A stretch of 64,000 nucleotides of DNA from an uncultured Candidatus Saccharibacteria bacterium (GCA_963704675.1 OY969928.1:631539-695538); one strand, 5' to 3'. Shown: positions 19,625 through 28,716, numbered from the stretch's first letter. Notes: generated by a model from the sequence alone, not told the origin. Program-made: numbers and translations.

Positions 19625-21391
19625 CTAACGATTAAAAAAATTGTATACACGGCGAGATAAATTGGCAAAAACAGGATCAGAACCACCACGGCTCATAATT
19701 CCCAAGATGTACGTTGCTTTTGGTGAGTAGATAATGCCAATGTCATGCACATAGCCATTATAAAAACCTACTTTATTTGCCACCACTGTGCCTCGCGGTA
19801 CGCCAGCTGGAATACCACCTCGCCAGACCTGTCGTTTAAACAAATTAAGCAGACGTTCAGTGTGTTCATCATTTAATAGAGTGCCGGCCTGCAGACGCAA
19901 CATAAAGTTTGTTTCATCCCTTACTGTTGAGTATTTGTCACCGCCATTTAAATTATTAACATGAGTATCTAAAAAGCCCGCTTCATGAATCATATCCTCA
20001 GAGGTTTGCCAACCAAGCCAATTCTGAAAGGCTATTGCACACGGATTTGTTGAGTGAAGGATCATCTCATTCATGCAAGCATTAACCGTCCAGCCATTAT
20101 CAAGTACCGTTTCATTCGTTATCTCGGCCCGTTCCATTTTAGTGAATATGTCGTAGGCGATAAACATCTTATAAGTGCTTGAGGTTACAAATGCTCGATC
20201 GGGTTGGAATTCGGCATAACGATTTTGGCCACCAATTTCACGTACGATAATACCGTACGTACCATAAGTATCAGCTTCCCAGTCGCGAATAAGCGCCAGC
20301 AAACCAATATCTCCTTTAGAATATGTGCGTGTATAGCTAAGCGATGGTGCTTGCTCTATAAGCGTCATCGCAACAGAAGCAGAAGCCTTAGGGTCAAAAA
20401 GCGCTTTTTCAATCATTTGCATGGCGGTGGCTATATTAATACTTTTACCGCTCGTACCATTCACCCGTTCTACCTCTTGTCCGTCAAGTAGGGTAATCTT
20501 AGTAACGCCAGCCGGCATTGCTATTTGCGCACTAATATCTGTTAAATACTTCTCAAGAGTATCCTTTTTAAGCTGCACGGTCATAACGTGCGAGATAGGG
20601 TCTTCACCCACCTGAAGCCACCCACCTTGGGTCGTGGCATCGGGTTTAAATGTTTTGTCTTCAATCGTTAACGTTAATGCCCGAGTAACAATCTGTTCAG
20701 TACGAACCTTCGTCGCAATTAATTCTTCGTAATTTACATCGGCTGTGACAATTCGAGGCTGTAAGGTGATTTCACTATTTACCTGAAAAGGCCTCGCCTG
20801 CAATTGATACTCAATGTCATCAACCGTAAACGCAAACCCACCTTTCCCCTCTTGCAAGATAACTTTGCCGTTTTGAATCACAATATCTGCTTCAGTTGCA
20901 GTTTGCTTGTTTTCTGCAGCGATTTTATCGGCAAAAGCACGAAGGCGCTCTTTATTAACAATAATAATTGACGTTGCGTTGGCAGTCTGCAGGGTTCGTA
21001 CAAATGATGAGAATGGAATTAATCGTTCCCAAAATGAATACATAGCTGCTGCTCGTGCCGTTGCCGAGTCATCAATCGTTAAGCCAATACTTGCCCATTT
21101 AGTTTCGTATATTTTTTGTGGTGTCTTTATTTTTAAGGTGGCGTCACCAGCCGTTGTTCCAAGTTTTTGTTCAATTTCGTCAAGCGTTAGTCCGCCTATT
21201 TCAAGTGTGTCGACTTTCGCAAATGGCAAAGCACGATCAGCCGGATAAAGAAGCTGGCCTATTATACTGAGCGCCGCCAAAATCCCAACAACTATCATGA
21301 GAGTATGAAACGTAAAAACGGCACGCCGAACATGTTTATGGCGAGCAATGCGCCACGCATGCTGTTTTAAGCGATCTGTTGTTTTATTCAT
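19625..21391 (-). CDS. membrane-anchored serine hydrolase, class A beta-lactamase/PBP-like C-terminal domain
   Basis: 588 aa. It has S-x-x-K (STYK), an S-x-N-like motif (STN) and a KTG-like motif (KVG) in the correct order. The N-terminal domain is of unknown type. Confidence 0.55.
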   Translation of the reverse strand: MNKTTDRLKQHAWRIARHKHVRRAVFTFHTLMIVVGILAALSIIGQLLYPADRALPFAKVDTLEIGGLTLDEIEQKLGTTAGDATLKIKTPQKIYETKWASIGLTIDDSATARAAAMYSFWERLIPFSSFVRTLQTANATSIIIVNKERLRAFADKIAAENKQTATEADIVIQNGKVILQEGKGGFAFTVDDIEYQLQARPFQVNSEITLQPRIVTADVNYEELIATKVRTEQIVTRALTLTIEDKTFKPDATTQGGWLQVGEDPISHVMTVQLKKDTLEKYLTDISAQIAMPAGVTKITLLDGQEVERVNGTSGKSINIATAMQMIEKALFDPKASASVAMTLIEQAPSLSYTRTYSKGDIGLLALIRDWEADTYGTYGIIVREIGGQNRYAEFQPDRAFVTSSTYKMFIAYDIFTKMERAEITNETVLDNGWTVNACMNEMILHSTNPCAIAFQNWLGWQTSEDMIHEAGFLDTHVNNLNGGDKYSTVRDETNFMLRLQAGTLLNDEHTERLLNLFKRQVWRGGIPAGVPRGTVVANKVGFYNGYVHDIGIIYSPKATYILGIMSRGGSDPVFANLSRRVYNFFNR

Positions 21392-21517
21392 ATATTTTTG
21401 TTTTATTTTTGAATACTAATAGTATAGCATCTACTGCTAGCATCGTTTACAAAATCTTCTCTAAAGGCCAAGCTTTGACTACCCGCCGCATTAACAGTTA
21501 AGCTGACTATGCTAGGG

Positions 21518-22771
21518 TTAGTTTTCTTTCGTAAAGACAGACTGGGTACGCTGTAACGTTCCATCTTCTTCTATTGTAACCGCCGGCAATTCACTCCGAT
21601 ACGGACGTTCTATAAAAGTTAAAGGCGGCATTGGCAGGTATGTATCGCTGGCTGCGATAGCAAATCTAATTGTTTCTTCAAATCCCCAGTCCATAGACGA
21701 ATGCGCTGATGTTGTACGCACATGGCCTTCAACCTCATGATTTTTGTAGTAGGCCTTGACCTGCACCCGAGTTTGCTGACCTGCGGCATCTAGATAAACC
21801 TGAAAACCATGCTCTAGTAATTTGCCAGGTGCGGCTAATAAATTAATCTCGACCGACTTTAGATATATCTCGTCTTCCCACTCATGCTTTACCTTGGCTA
21901 ATCCCAAGTATGGCGCCATCTCTGGTGTATCCATTTCTCGAAGTATGTCTTTTAATTGACTACCACTTATAGTGCTGTCATCAACAGCAATAATACGTGT
22001 ATAGTTTGGGTCAACGCCGAGCTCAGGTAGTTTAAGCGGGTCATCAATAATCCTGCCCTTGTAGGCTGCAAGCTCCTCATCGGTAAAGTTATCTAGTATC
22101 TTACCTATAATATACGGACCGCTTTTGAGCCGTGTGTTTTCTCCCTCGTTGGTTTTGTGTAGGGTTGTCAGGCATAGCACGTTTTTCGGGTCTTCTTCTA
22201 AAAAGTTTCTCCAAAGTACCGCCATGCCGGGAGTACTCTTGCGCACTTCCTTATCACCAAGAAACGTTAAGTTATTACGTATATCTTCTATCTCATGCCG
22301 ATGCTCGTCTGGTAAGCTAGAGGCAAGTAATCTGTCCAGGGTTTGACGAAGTTGATTGAGGGCCTCGTGTTCGGTTATGGCTATCGGGTTACTATCGATA
22401 TAAGGCCGATATTTTAATATATTCGTTCGGCTCGAATCTTTAGCCTGCTCGATAAAACGTGGTGTTTGACGAGCATAATGCTGCAATTCAATCGCTTGAG
22501 CGATAGCTTCCGGATGCTTGATTTGTTCATCACTTAGATTAATGCCAGCATCCGGAGTTGGCTGAATTATCGGAAGTGATTCTTCTTCTAATTCAAATGC
22601 TGATTCCGGTATTGCCGGTGCCTGATTGGCTACGAATAAGTCCAGCGCTCCATGGCCTAATGACGATATCTGTGGATCATCATAGGTAAGAAAATCAAAG
22701 TGCTGTTTAGTGATTTCCGGCTCTGGTGTTTCAACGTATGTAAAACGCCCAGAAGTTGCATTTGTTTTCAT
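21518..22771 (-). CDS. hypothetical protein with a possible phosphoribosyltransferase-like motif
   Basis: The start is probably MKTNATS at 22771. RIIAVDDSTISGSQL resembles a PRTase PRPP-binding loop, but only partly matches the consensus. Confidence 0.35.
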   Translation of the reverse strand: MKTNATSGRFTYVETPEPEITKQHFDFLTYDDPQISSLGHGALDLFVANQAPAIPESAFELEEESLPIIQPTPDAGINLSDEQIKHPEAIAQAIELQHYARQTPRFIEQAKDSSRTNILKYRPYIDSNPIAITEHEALNQLRQTLDRLLASSLPDEHRHEIEDIRNNLTFLGDKEVRKSTPGMAVLWRNFLEEDPKNVLCLTTLHKTNEGENTRLKSGPYIIGKILDNFTDEELAAYKGRIIDDPLKLPELGVDPNYTRIIAVDDSTISGSQLKDILREMDTPEMAPYLGLAKVKHEWEDEIYLKSVEINLLAAPGKLLEHGFQVYLDAAGQQTRVQVKAYYKNHEVEGHVRTTSAHSSMDWGFEETIRFAIAASDTYLPMPPLTFIERPYRSELPAVTIEEDGTLQRTQSVFTKEN

Positions 22772-22888
22772 TTTTTTGTGCTTAATATTACCACATATAT
22801 TATAGCATTGTCGAAGCATATAGTCAATATACTACGAATTCTGAAACTTTTACTACAATACTTAACCTGTCTCTGTTAATATATTGTC

Positions 22889-23977
22889 ATGAGCTCTCTA
22901 CAAATCGGCATTGTCGGCCTCCCAAACGTTGGCAAATCTACCCTTTTTAATGCCCTGACAAATAATAATATTTTGGCGGCTAATTATCCGTTTGCAACAA
23001 TTGAGCCAAATACTGGTATTGTGCCGGTGCCCGACCATCGGCTTGAAGCGCTTGGCAAACTTTATAATACCCAAAAAATCATACCGGCCACGGTCACGTT
23101 TGTTGATATTGCCGGCCTGGTTGCTGGCGCAAGCCAGGGCGAAGGGCTTGGTAATAAATTCTTAGCAAATATTCGCAGTTGTGATGCTATCTGCCATGTG
23201 GTACGAGCTTTTGCAAATGATGATGTGTTGCACGTTGCAAATCGGGTTGACCCAACTGAAGATGTAGCTATTATTAACACCGAGTTAGTGCTGGCCGATT
23301 TACAGACACTTGAAAATCGCCTCCCAAAACTACAAAAAGAAGCCAAGGCAAACCCAAAACTGCGCACTAGCATTGAGGCACTTGGCGAATTACAAAAACG
23401 TCTTGAAAATAATCAACCACTCTGGCAATTTCCAGCGCTCCTCGAAGCAAATCAGGAACTCCTGCGTGATTTACATCTGCTTACCGCAAAAGAAGTCATT
23501 TACGTATTCAATGTTGATGAAACAACTTTAAGCGATGAGACTCGCAAACAAGAATTAGCCGCCATTACTGCACCGAACCAAGCATTATTTTTATGTGCTG
23601 CGCTTGAAGATGAGTTACGTGGGCTCGAACTGGCAGACGCCGCCGAACTACTTGAGAGCTATGGCCAGCACGAATCAGGTTTAAGCCAGCTAATTCGTGC
23701 GGCTTACGATACCTTAGGATTACAAAGCTTTTTAACCGCCGGACCGAAAGAAGTTCGCGCCTGGACAATCAAAAAAGGCTCCACTGCCCCTGAAGCTGCT
23801 GGCGCTATTCATACTGACTTTCAAAAAGGTTTTATTGCCGCCCAAGCTGTCGATTTTCACGATTTAATCGAAGCTGGTTCAGAAACAGCCGCCAAAGCTG
23901 CCGGTAAAGTACGTACTGAAGGCAAAACATATATTATGCGACCAAACGACGTGATTGAATTCAGGTTTAATGTCTAA
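22889..23977 (+). CDS. ychF: redox-regulated ATPase YchF (Obg-like)
   Basis: GIVGLPNVGKSTLFNALT, the full-length 362-aa architecture, and a C-terminal TGS-like end ..IMRPNDVIEFRFNV. Confidence 0.9.
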   Translation: MSSLQIGIVGLPNVGKSTLFNALTNNNILAANYPFATIEPNTGIVPVPDHRLEALGKLYNTQKIIPATVTFVDIAGLVAGASQGEGLGNKFLANIRSCDAICHVVRAFANDDVLHVANRVDPTEDVAIINTELVLADLQTLENRLPKLQKEAKANPKLRTSIEALGELQKRLENNQPLWQFPALLEANQELLRDLHLLTAKEVIYVFNVDETTLSDETRKQELAAITAPNQALFLCAALEDELRGLELADAAELLESYGQHESGLSQLIRAAYDTLGLQSFLTAGPKEVRAWTIKKGSTAPEAAGAIHTDFQKGFIAAQAVDFHDLIEAGSETAAKAAGKVRTEGKTYIMRPNDVIEFRFNV

Positions 23978-24044
23978 GTTTTAGATAAAAATAAAAACGC
24001 CCTCAGGCGTTCTCGCAGATCAGCCTTCACTGTGTACTTTCCTA

Positions 24045-24091
24045 CCTGGAGCGTACGGGGGTGGCTGGCTGCCACTCACCGTACGTCCAGG
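24045..24091 (-). terminator. GC-rich hairpin downstream of the LAETG gene
   Basis: cctggagcgtacgg / ccgtacgtccagg form a 13-bp stem with one bulge. It lies 35 nt past the stop codon. Confidence 0.5.
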
Positions 24092-24125
24092 TTGGCGATG
24101 CGGGGTCAGGGCATCACCGGGTCAT

Positions 24126-25154
24126 TCAGTTGTTCTGCAACCTGCCACGCCGTCGGTAAATGAACAACAACACACCACCAGCGATCAGCAGCAGGGCAGC
24201 GATGCCCAGCGGCCAGCCAATGCTGGCACCGGTCTCAGCCAGCTCCTCACCACCGGGCGTGTTGTTGCCCACCGGCACGATGCCAGGTGTGGTTGTGCTG
24301 GTGGTCGGAACGGTGGTGTCCGTCGTCGTGGTCGGGACCGTAGTGGTCGTGGTCGGCGGCGAGCACTCCTCGACCACCACCGTAGTGGTGGTTCCATTGT
24401 GCTTGTCACTGACGGTGAGCTTGTACTCACCGGCCGCGAGACCCGAGAAGACGACCTCGCCGCTTGCGTTGCCGGCGATCTCGAGCTTCTTGGGCTCCAG
24501 CCCACCGAGCTTGACCCCGTAGGTGACCTTGTAGTGGTTCGGGTTGGTGATCGTGACGGTCACCTCACCGTCCTTGTCACCCTCGGCGACACAGGCCTTG
24601 ACCTCGGCGCTGACTTCAGGCTTCGCCGGCTTGCACTTCTTGGCATCGTCGAAGCTCCACGGCTTCGGCCCGCTGAAGTAGTGCCACAGCAGGTGCGGCT
24701 CGTCCGGGTCGCCCAGCTTGTCCAGCGTGCCGGGAACGTTCGGCTTGACGCCCTTCTCGACGTACCCGTCGGTTTGCCCGCACACCTTGCGCGGCGGTGC
24801 CGCCACGGTATACTGGCCGGGCTGCTTGATCTCGATGGACTCGCCCGTACCCACCAGGGTCTGGGGCCACATCTCGCCCAGCTTGTCATAGCGCCAGGTC
24901 GCACCGACCGCAATGTACTTGTCGCAGAGCGGCAGCTTGCCGCCGACCGTGACGACCCACGTGAAGGGGTCCTTGGCGACGTAGCTGACGACCTTCTTGA
25001 CGGCCTCGTGGCCTTCGACGCACCTGGTGGTGGTCTTGACCTCGGGACCGCCCGGAACCGGCAATTCGGGTTGCGCCATCGCCGGCGTCCCGGCGAACAC
25101 CATGGCAATCATGGCCGAAGCCACGCCTGCCACAGCAAGAGATCTCTTGATCAT
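24126..25154 (-). CDS. sortase-anchored surface protein (LAETG motif) with Thr-rich linker; high-GC islet
   Basis: Signal peptide MIKRSLAVAGVASAMIAMVFAGTPAMAQP. Thr-rich run PPTTTTTVPTTTTDTTVPTTSTTTPG. C-terminal LAETG followed by a hydrophobic helix and an RRRGR tail. Confidence 0.8.
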   Translation of the reverse strand: MIKRSLAVAGVASAMIAMVFAGTPAMAQPELPVPGGPEVKTTTRCVEGHEAVKKVVSYVAKDPFTWVVTVGGKLPLCDKYIAVGATWRYDKLGEMWPQTLVGTGESIEIKQPGQYTVAAPPRKVCGQTDGYVEKGVKPNVPGTLDKLGDPDEPHLLWHYFSGPKPWSFDDAKKCKPAKPEVSAEVKACVAEGDKDGEVTVTITNPNHYKVTYGVKLGGLEPKKLEIAGNASGEVVFSGLAAGEYKLTVSDKHNGTTTTVVVEECSPPTTTTTVPTTTTDTTVPTTSTTTPGIVPVGNNTPGGEELAETGASIGWPLGIAALLLIAGGVLLFIYRRRGRLQNN

Positions 25155-25306
25155 TTTTCCCTTTTCTGGAAAACTCGCCTTCGGAACAACTGAAACCGTA
25201 AAGACCCAGCACTACTGTGCTAGGCCTTCTTCATGTACCTCCTAAAGGTTTGTGTACAAGACAAAGATAATAATGCTAAAAAAATCATGAAAAGTAAAGA
25301 CTTTTA

Positions 25307-26050
25307 CTACTTTTTTATAGGAACAAGTAAATAAAAGCGTTCGTGGTTGCCTTTTGCACCTGCTATATCGCTGTCGGCCTTGGCGCTCACAAGCACATAT
25401 TGTTTCACCCATGATTCAAAATCTTTTAAAATCCGGCGGCGAACTGTATCATTTTTGATAATGCCTTTGTTTATCTGGTGCTTACCAGCTTCAAATTGCG
25501 GCTTAACCATAGCGACGATTTGCGTTGAAGGCTTTACAAGATAAGTGCAAAGATGCGGAATAATTTCACGCAAACTAATGAAACTTACATCAATAACAAT
25601 TATGTCCGGCAGAACCTCAAGTTCCTTGATATGCCGAATATCTGTCTTTTCATGTAAATCTACTCGAGAATCAGTGCGCAGGCTTGGATGAAGTTGGTTT
25701 GTGCCAACATCAACCGCAATCACTTTTTTTGCACCGTGTTGCAAAGCATAGTCAGTGAAACCTCCAGTCGAAGAGCCAACATCGAGTACCACTTCCCCCT
25801 GAAAACGTAGCCCGAGCACCTCGGCAACACTCGCTAGCTTAAGGCCGGCTCGGCTAACATATTGTGCATCTGTTTTCAAAGAAAGCTGTGCATTCTCATC
25901 CGCTAAGAAGCCGGGCTTTGTGATAATTTTGCCATTAACACTTACTTTTGCAAGCTTTATCCAGCTCTCTGCTTGCGAACGGGTTGGAACAATTCCTTTT
26001 TTTACCATTAATAGATCGATACGATACTTCACTCTTGACATTATACACAT
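25307..26050 (-). CDS. tlyA: TlyA-family rRNA 2'-O-methyltransferase (S4 + FtsJ domains)
   Basis: RIDLLMVKKGIVPTRSQAESWI (S4-like) and VLDVGSSTGGFTDYALQHGAKKV (SAM motif). The start may be Met4 at 26041. Confidence 0.8.
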   Translation of the reverse strand: MCIMSRVKYRIDLLMVKKGIVPTRSQAESWIKLAKVSVNGKIITKPGFLADENAQLSLKTDAQYVSRAGLKLASVAEVLGLRFQGEVVLDVGSSTGGFTDYALQHGAKKVIAVDVGTNQLHPSLRTDSRVDLHEKTDIRHIKELEVLPDIIVIDVSFISLREIIPHLCTYLVKPSTQIVAMVKPQFEAGKHQINKGIIKNDTVRRRILKDFESWVKQYVLVSAKADSDIAGAKGNHERFYLLVPIKK

Positions 26051-26098
26051 GATATTTTAGAGTCTCAATGAGTTTACCCGTTCGCAAGTAGGAGTGTC

Positions 26099-26578
26099 AT
26101 GATGCCAACAGCCAGGTACAGCAACTACGAGCTCATTATCGAGCTAGAGAACTGCAACATTGACCTGGACGTATTCCGAGCAACACCAGAAGATTTCCTT
26201 GCACAGCTACGAGAACGCCGACGAATTCCCGATGGGCTGCGAGTGCTCATCGCCAAGCTGTTCCAGCAGAGGGTGATCACAGGCTGCGTCATTACTTATG
26301 GCAAGACAATGACGCTCCGGCTATCGCCGATTTGCCCGTCTGGCCACGATTTGCTACTGGATGGGGCTCTTGAGAAGTTTAAGGAGGTATACACCAGCAT
26401 TACCAAACAGCCAATCACGGTAGGCTGGGAAAGCTCAAGTAAAAAACGTTTTCTTTCGCGCAGGTCGCGGCGTGACTGTAGTGGAATCCTGGGAGGCATC
26501 GTTCAGATTGTTGACCTGGCCGCTGATGCAGTTGTTGCCGCTGCTGCCCTCAAGGAACTATTCGGCGATTCAGAGTGA
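26099..26578 (+). CDS. orphan hypothetical protein, moderately GC-enriched islet
   Basis: 159-aa ORF with an AGGAG RBS. No motif was recognised. Confidence 0.45.
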   Translation: MMPTARYSNYELIIELENCNIDLDVFRATPEDFLAQLRERRRIPDGLRVLIAKLFQQRVITGCVITYGKTMTLRLSPICPSGHDLLLDGALEKFKEVYTSITKQPITVGWESSSKKRFLSRRSRRDCSGILGGIVQIVDLAADAVVAAAALKELFGDSE

Positions 26579-26583
26579 ACTCT

Positions 26584-26615
26584 TGCGAGGGGCGGTCAGC
26601 TGACCGCCCCTCGCA
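26584..26615 (+). terminator. perfect 16+16 palindrome after the orphan ORF
   Basis: tgcgaggggcggtcag|ctgaccgcccctcgca with no loop spacer and no U-tract. Confidence 0.6.
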
Positions 26616-26662
26616 GAGCCCTGTCAGAAAGTTAATATTTCTATTAATTATCATTATTTAAT

Positions 26663-26703
26663 AAATGAAAAGATCCGGTCCGAAGAGCCAGGTCTTTTCA
26701 TTT
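26663..26703 (-). terminator. efp terminator hairpin
   Basis: aaatgaaaagatc / ggtcttttcattt arms lie just downstream of the efp stop. Confidence 0.5.
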
Positions 26704-26711
26704 ACTACCAT

Positions 26712-27278
26712 CTAATCTTTTCGTCGTTCTAAATATTCACCAGTGCGGGTATCTACTTTGATTTCATCACCAGTCTTAATAAAAGCTGGCACCCTAATAA
26801 TGTGATCCGTTTCAAGCGTGACATCTTTTTGCACACTATTTGTCGTATCACCTTTGACGACATTCTCGGCATAGGTCACTTTTAAATACAGGTTTTTCGG
26901 CAATTCAATATTAATGACACGCCCATCAAAGAACTGCATATCAACATTGTCGCCCTCTTTTAAAAATGGCCTGGCGGTTTCAACAAGATCACTTGAAAGC
27001 TGAAACTGCTCAAAGCTTCCAGGGTCCATAAAGTGATAATCATCGCTATCTGCATACAAGAATTGTACGGTTCGGTGCTCAACAGTTGCGGGCTCGATTT
27101 TATCAGCACCTTTAAAGGTTTTTGGCAAAACACTGCCATCAATCAAATTCTTCAAACGAACGTTTACAATACTACCACCGCGGCCCATCACTTTTTGCGA
27201 ATATTCAATCACACGAAACGGTTTGCCGTCCAGTTCAATTACTTGCCCTTTTTTAAGATCAGTTACACCAAGTGCCAC
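26712..27278 (-). CDS. efp: elongation factor P
   Basis: 188 aa. ..DLKKGQVIELDGKPFRVIEYSQKVMGRGGSIVNVRLKNL.. is the typical EF-P N-terminus. Confidence 0.9.
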   Translation of the reverse strand: MALGVTDLKKGQVIELDGKPFRVIEYSQKVMGRGGSIVNVRLKNLIDGSVLPKTFKGADKIEPATVEHRTVQFLYADSDDYHFMDPGSFEQFQLSSDLVETARPFLKEGDNVDMQFFDGRVINIELPKNLYLKVTYAENVVKGDTTNSVQKDVTLETDHIIRVPAFIKTGDEIKVDTRTGEYLERRKD

Positions 27279-27291
27279 TCATTACTCCAAA

Positions 27292-27588
27292 TTACATGTG
27301 TTTAAATGTTTCGTGTATATCACGATAATGGTCACGGAAGGCCACTAAGTCGTTCGAGCTTATGATGTTCGTGCCGTTGTGGCTCAGCTCCTCTAACCGC
27401 CTATGAAGCCCCTCCGCGCGAACCGCAAGCTGGCCTGGGTTTTCCCCTGATTCTATTGCTTCACGAAAGCTTTTCGCACTCTGCTGTATTTGAGAAGCCA
27501 CAGGGTCGTGCGGTACATCCCACGATCCATGCATGCGGTCTTCCAGCTGCCGCGCTTGTTGACGTAACTGTGAGTATTGCGAATTCAT
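27292..27588 (-). CDS. small helical hypothetical protein
   Basis: 98-aa ORF between efp and rpsR, with no motif. GC is slightly elevated (hand counts 30/60 and 33/60). Confidence 0.4.
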   Translation of the reverse strand: MNSQYSQLRQQARQLEDRMHGSWDVPHDPVASQIQQSAKSFREAIESGENPGQLAVRAEGLHRRLEELSHNGTNIISSNDLVAFRDHYRDIHETFKHM

Positions 27589-27639
27589 ATTATCCTCCTT
27601 GCTTAATTTCAGTTTACTGGGGCGAGCAGTGCAAGCAAA

Positions 27640-27843
27640 CTAGCTTGCCACGAAAGGAAGTAAAGCCAGGTGGCGTGCACGTTTAATAGCAACGGCAAGT
27701 TGACGTTGTTGCTTGGCGCTTAAACCTGTTTTAGTAGCCGGTTCAATCTGGGCATACATATTAATAAATCGCTGCAGAGTTTTGACATCTCTATAGTCAA
27801 AATATGCAGGTGTATCCTTGCGGAAACGGTTAGTTGGTTTCAT
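27640..27843 (-). CDS. rpsR: 30S ribosomal protein S18
   Basis: ..[39 protein letters not shown]. Confidence 0.9.
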   Translation of the reverse strand: MKPTNRFRKDTPAYFDYRDVKTLQRFINMYAQIEPATKTGLSAKQQRQLAVAIKRARHLALLPFVAS

Positions 27844-27864
27844 TAGTTATCCTTTGTTCAGTAA

Positions 27865-28344
27865 TTAGAATGGGATCTCTGAGAGATCAATTGGTTTATC
27901 GTCGATGTCTTCAATGACGACATCGTCGTTCTTTTTCTTTTGGCTTGAAGTGTTACTACCGCCAGCGTTGCCGTAAGAGCCAGCATTACCACCGCCACTA
28001 CCGCCGTCACCACCAGCACCATCAAGGAAGGTAACGTCGCTAGCAATAACCTCAACTTTGCTACGTTTTTGCCCCTCTTGTTCCCAGCTACGTTGGCTAA
28101 GGCGGCCTTGCACAAGACAGCGGCGGCCTTTGCTTAAGTATTGCGCGACGCGGTCACCTAGCTGTGCCCAGGCGACAATATCGATATAATCAGTATCTTC
28201 TTGCCAGTTACCGCTTTGATCTTTGTAACTGCGGTTTAAGGCCAAGCTGAAACTCGTAACATTTTGACCGTTTGGTGTTGTGCGCGTTTCAGGGTCACGT
28301 GTCAGGTTGCCCATTAAAATAACCTGATTGATACTTCGAGCCAT
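27865..28344 (-). CDS. ssb: single-stranded DNA-binding protein
   Basis: OB-fold N-terminus MARSINQVILMGNLTRDPE, a Gly-rich linker, and an acidic tip DLSEIPF. Confidence 0.9.
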   Translation of the reverse strand: MARSINQVILMGNLTRDPETRTTPNGQNVTSFSLALNRSYKDQSGNWQEDTDYIDIVAWAQLGDRVAQYLSKGRRCLVQGRLSQRSWEQEGQKRSKVEVIASDVTFLDGAGGDGGSGGGNAGSYGNAGGSNTSSQKKKNDDVVIEDIDDKPIDLSEIPF

Positions 28345-28347
28345 AGC

Positions 28348-28683
28348 TTAGTCCTCCTTTAGTTCGTCTTCTTTTGCTTCGTCAGTTTCGCTTGGACGTT
28401 TTGGATCGTTTGAAACCAGTAAGTGGCGAAGCACTTCATCGGTAATATTCAGCGTGCTATCAATTTTTTTAACAGCTTCAGCTGGCAATTCGAGCTCAAA
28501 ATATACGTAAGTTGCAAAATCTTCGTCTTTGATACGATACGCAAGCTTCTTCTTGCCCCAGTTGTCTTCTTTAGTAATTGAACCGCCATTATTCGTGATA
28601 ATATCGCGAACTTTTTTGAGCGGCTTTTCCAGATCAATTTCAAGATCTGGATGAATAAGTATGGTTAATTCATACTGTCGCAT
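28348..28683 (-). CDS. rpsF: 30S ribosomal protein S6
   Basis: MRQYELTILIHPDLE.. and the conserved rpsF-ssb-rpsR order. Confidence 0.9.
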   Translation of the reverse strand: MRQYELTILIHPDLEIDLEKPLKKVRDIITNNGGSITKEDNWGKKKLAYRIKDEDFATYVYFELELPAEAVKKIDSTLNITDEVLRHLLVSNDPKRPSETDEAKEDELKED

Positions 28684-28698
28684 AGTTCCTCCTATGGA

Positions 28699-28716
28699 TC
28701 CTGCTCACACGCAGGA
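28699..28716 (-). promoter_or_regulatory. hairpin in the rpsF 5' UTR (possible S6:S18 autoregulatory leader)
   Basis: tcctgc-tcacac-gcagga lies between the candidate promoter and the rpsF RBS. The family assignment is speculative. Confidence 0.25.

Noticed and set aside
24160-25245. Multiple long ORFs on both strands overlapping the LAETG gene (for example 24399..25193 +, 24560..25108 -). There are similar antisense ORFs inside the glycosylation island and in 44539-45417 and 51318-52090.
   Set aside because: These are the typical stop-codon-poor shadow frames of high-GC DNA. The translations are Arg/Pro/Gly-rich low-complexity sequence without motifs. In each case the annotated frame carries the recognisable signal peptide, domain motifs and RBS.
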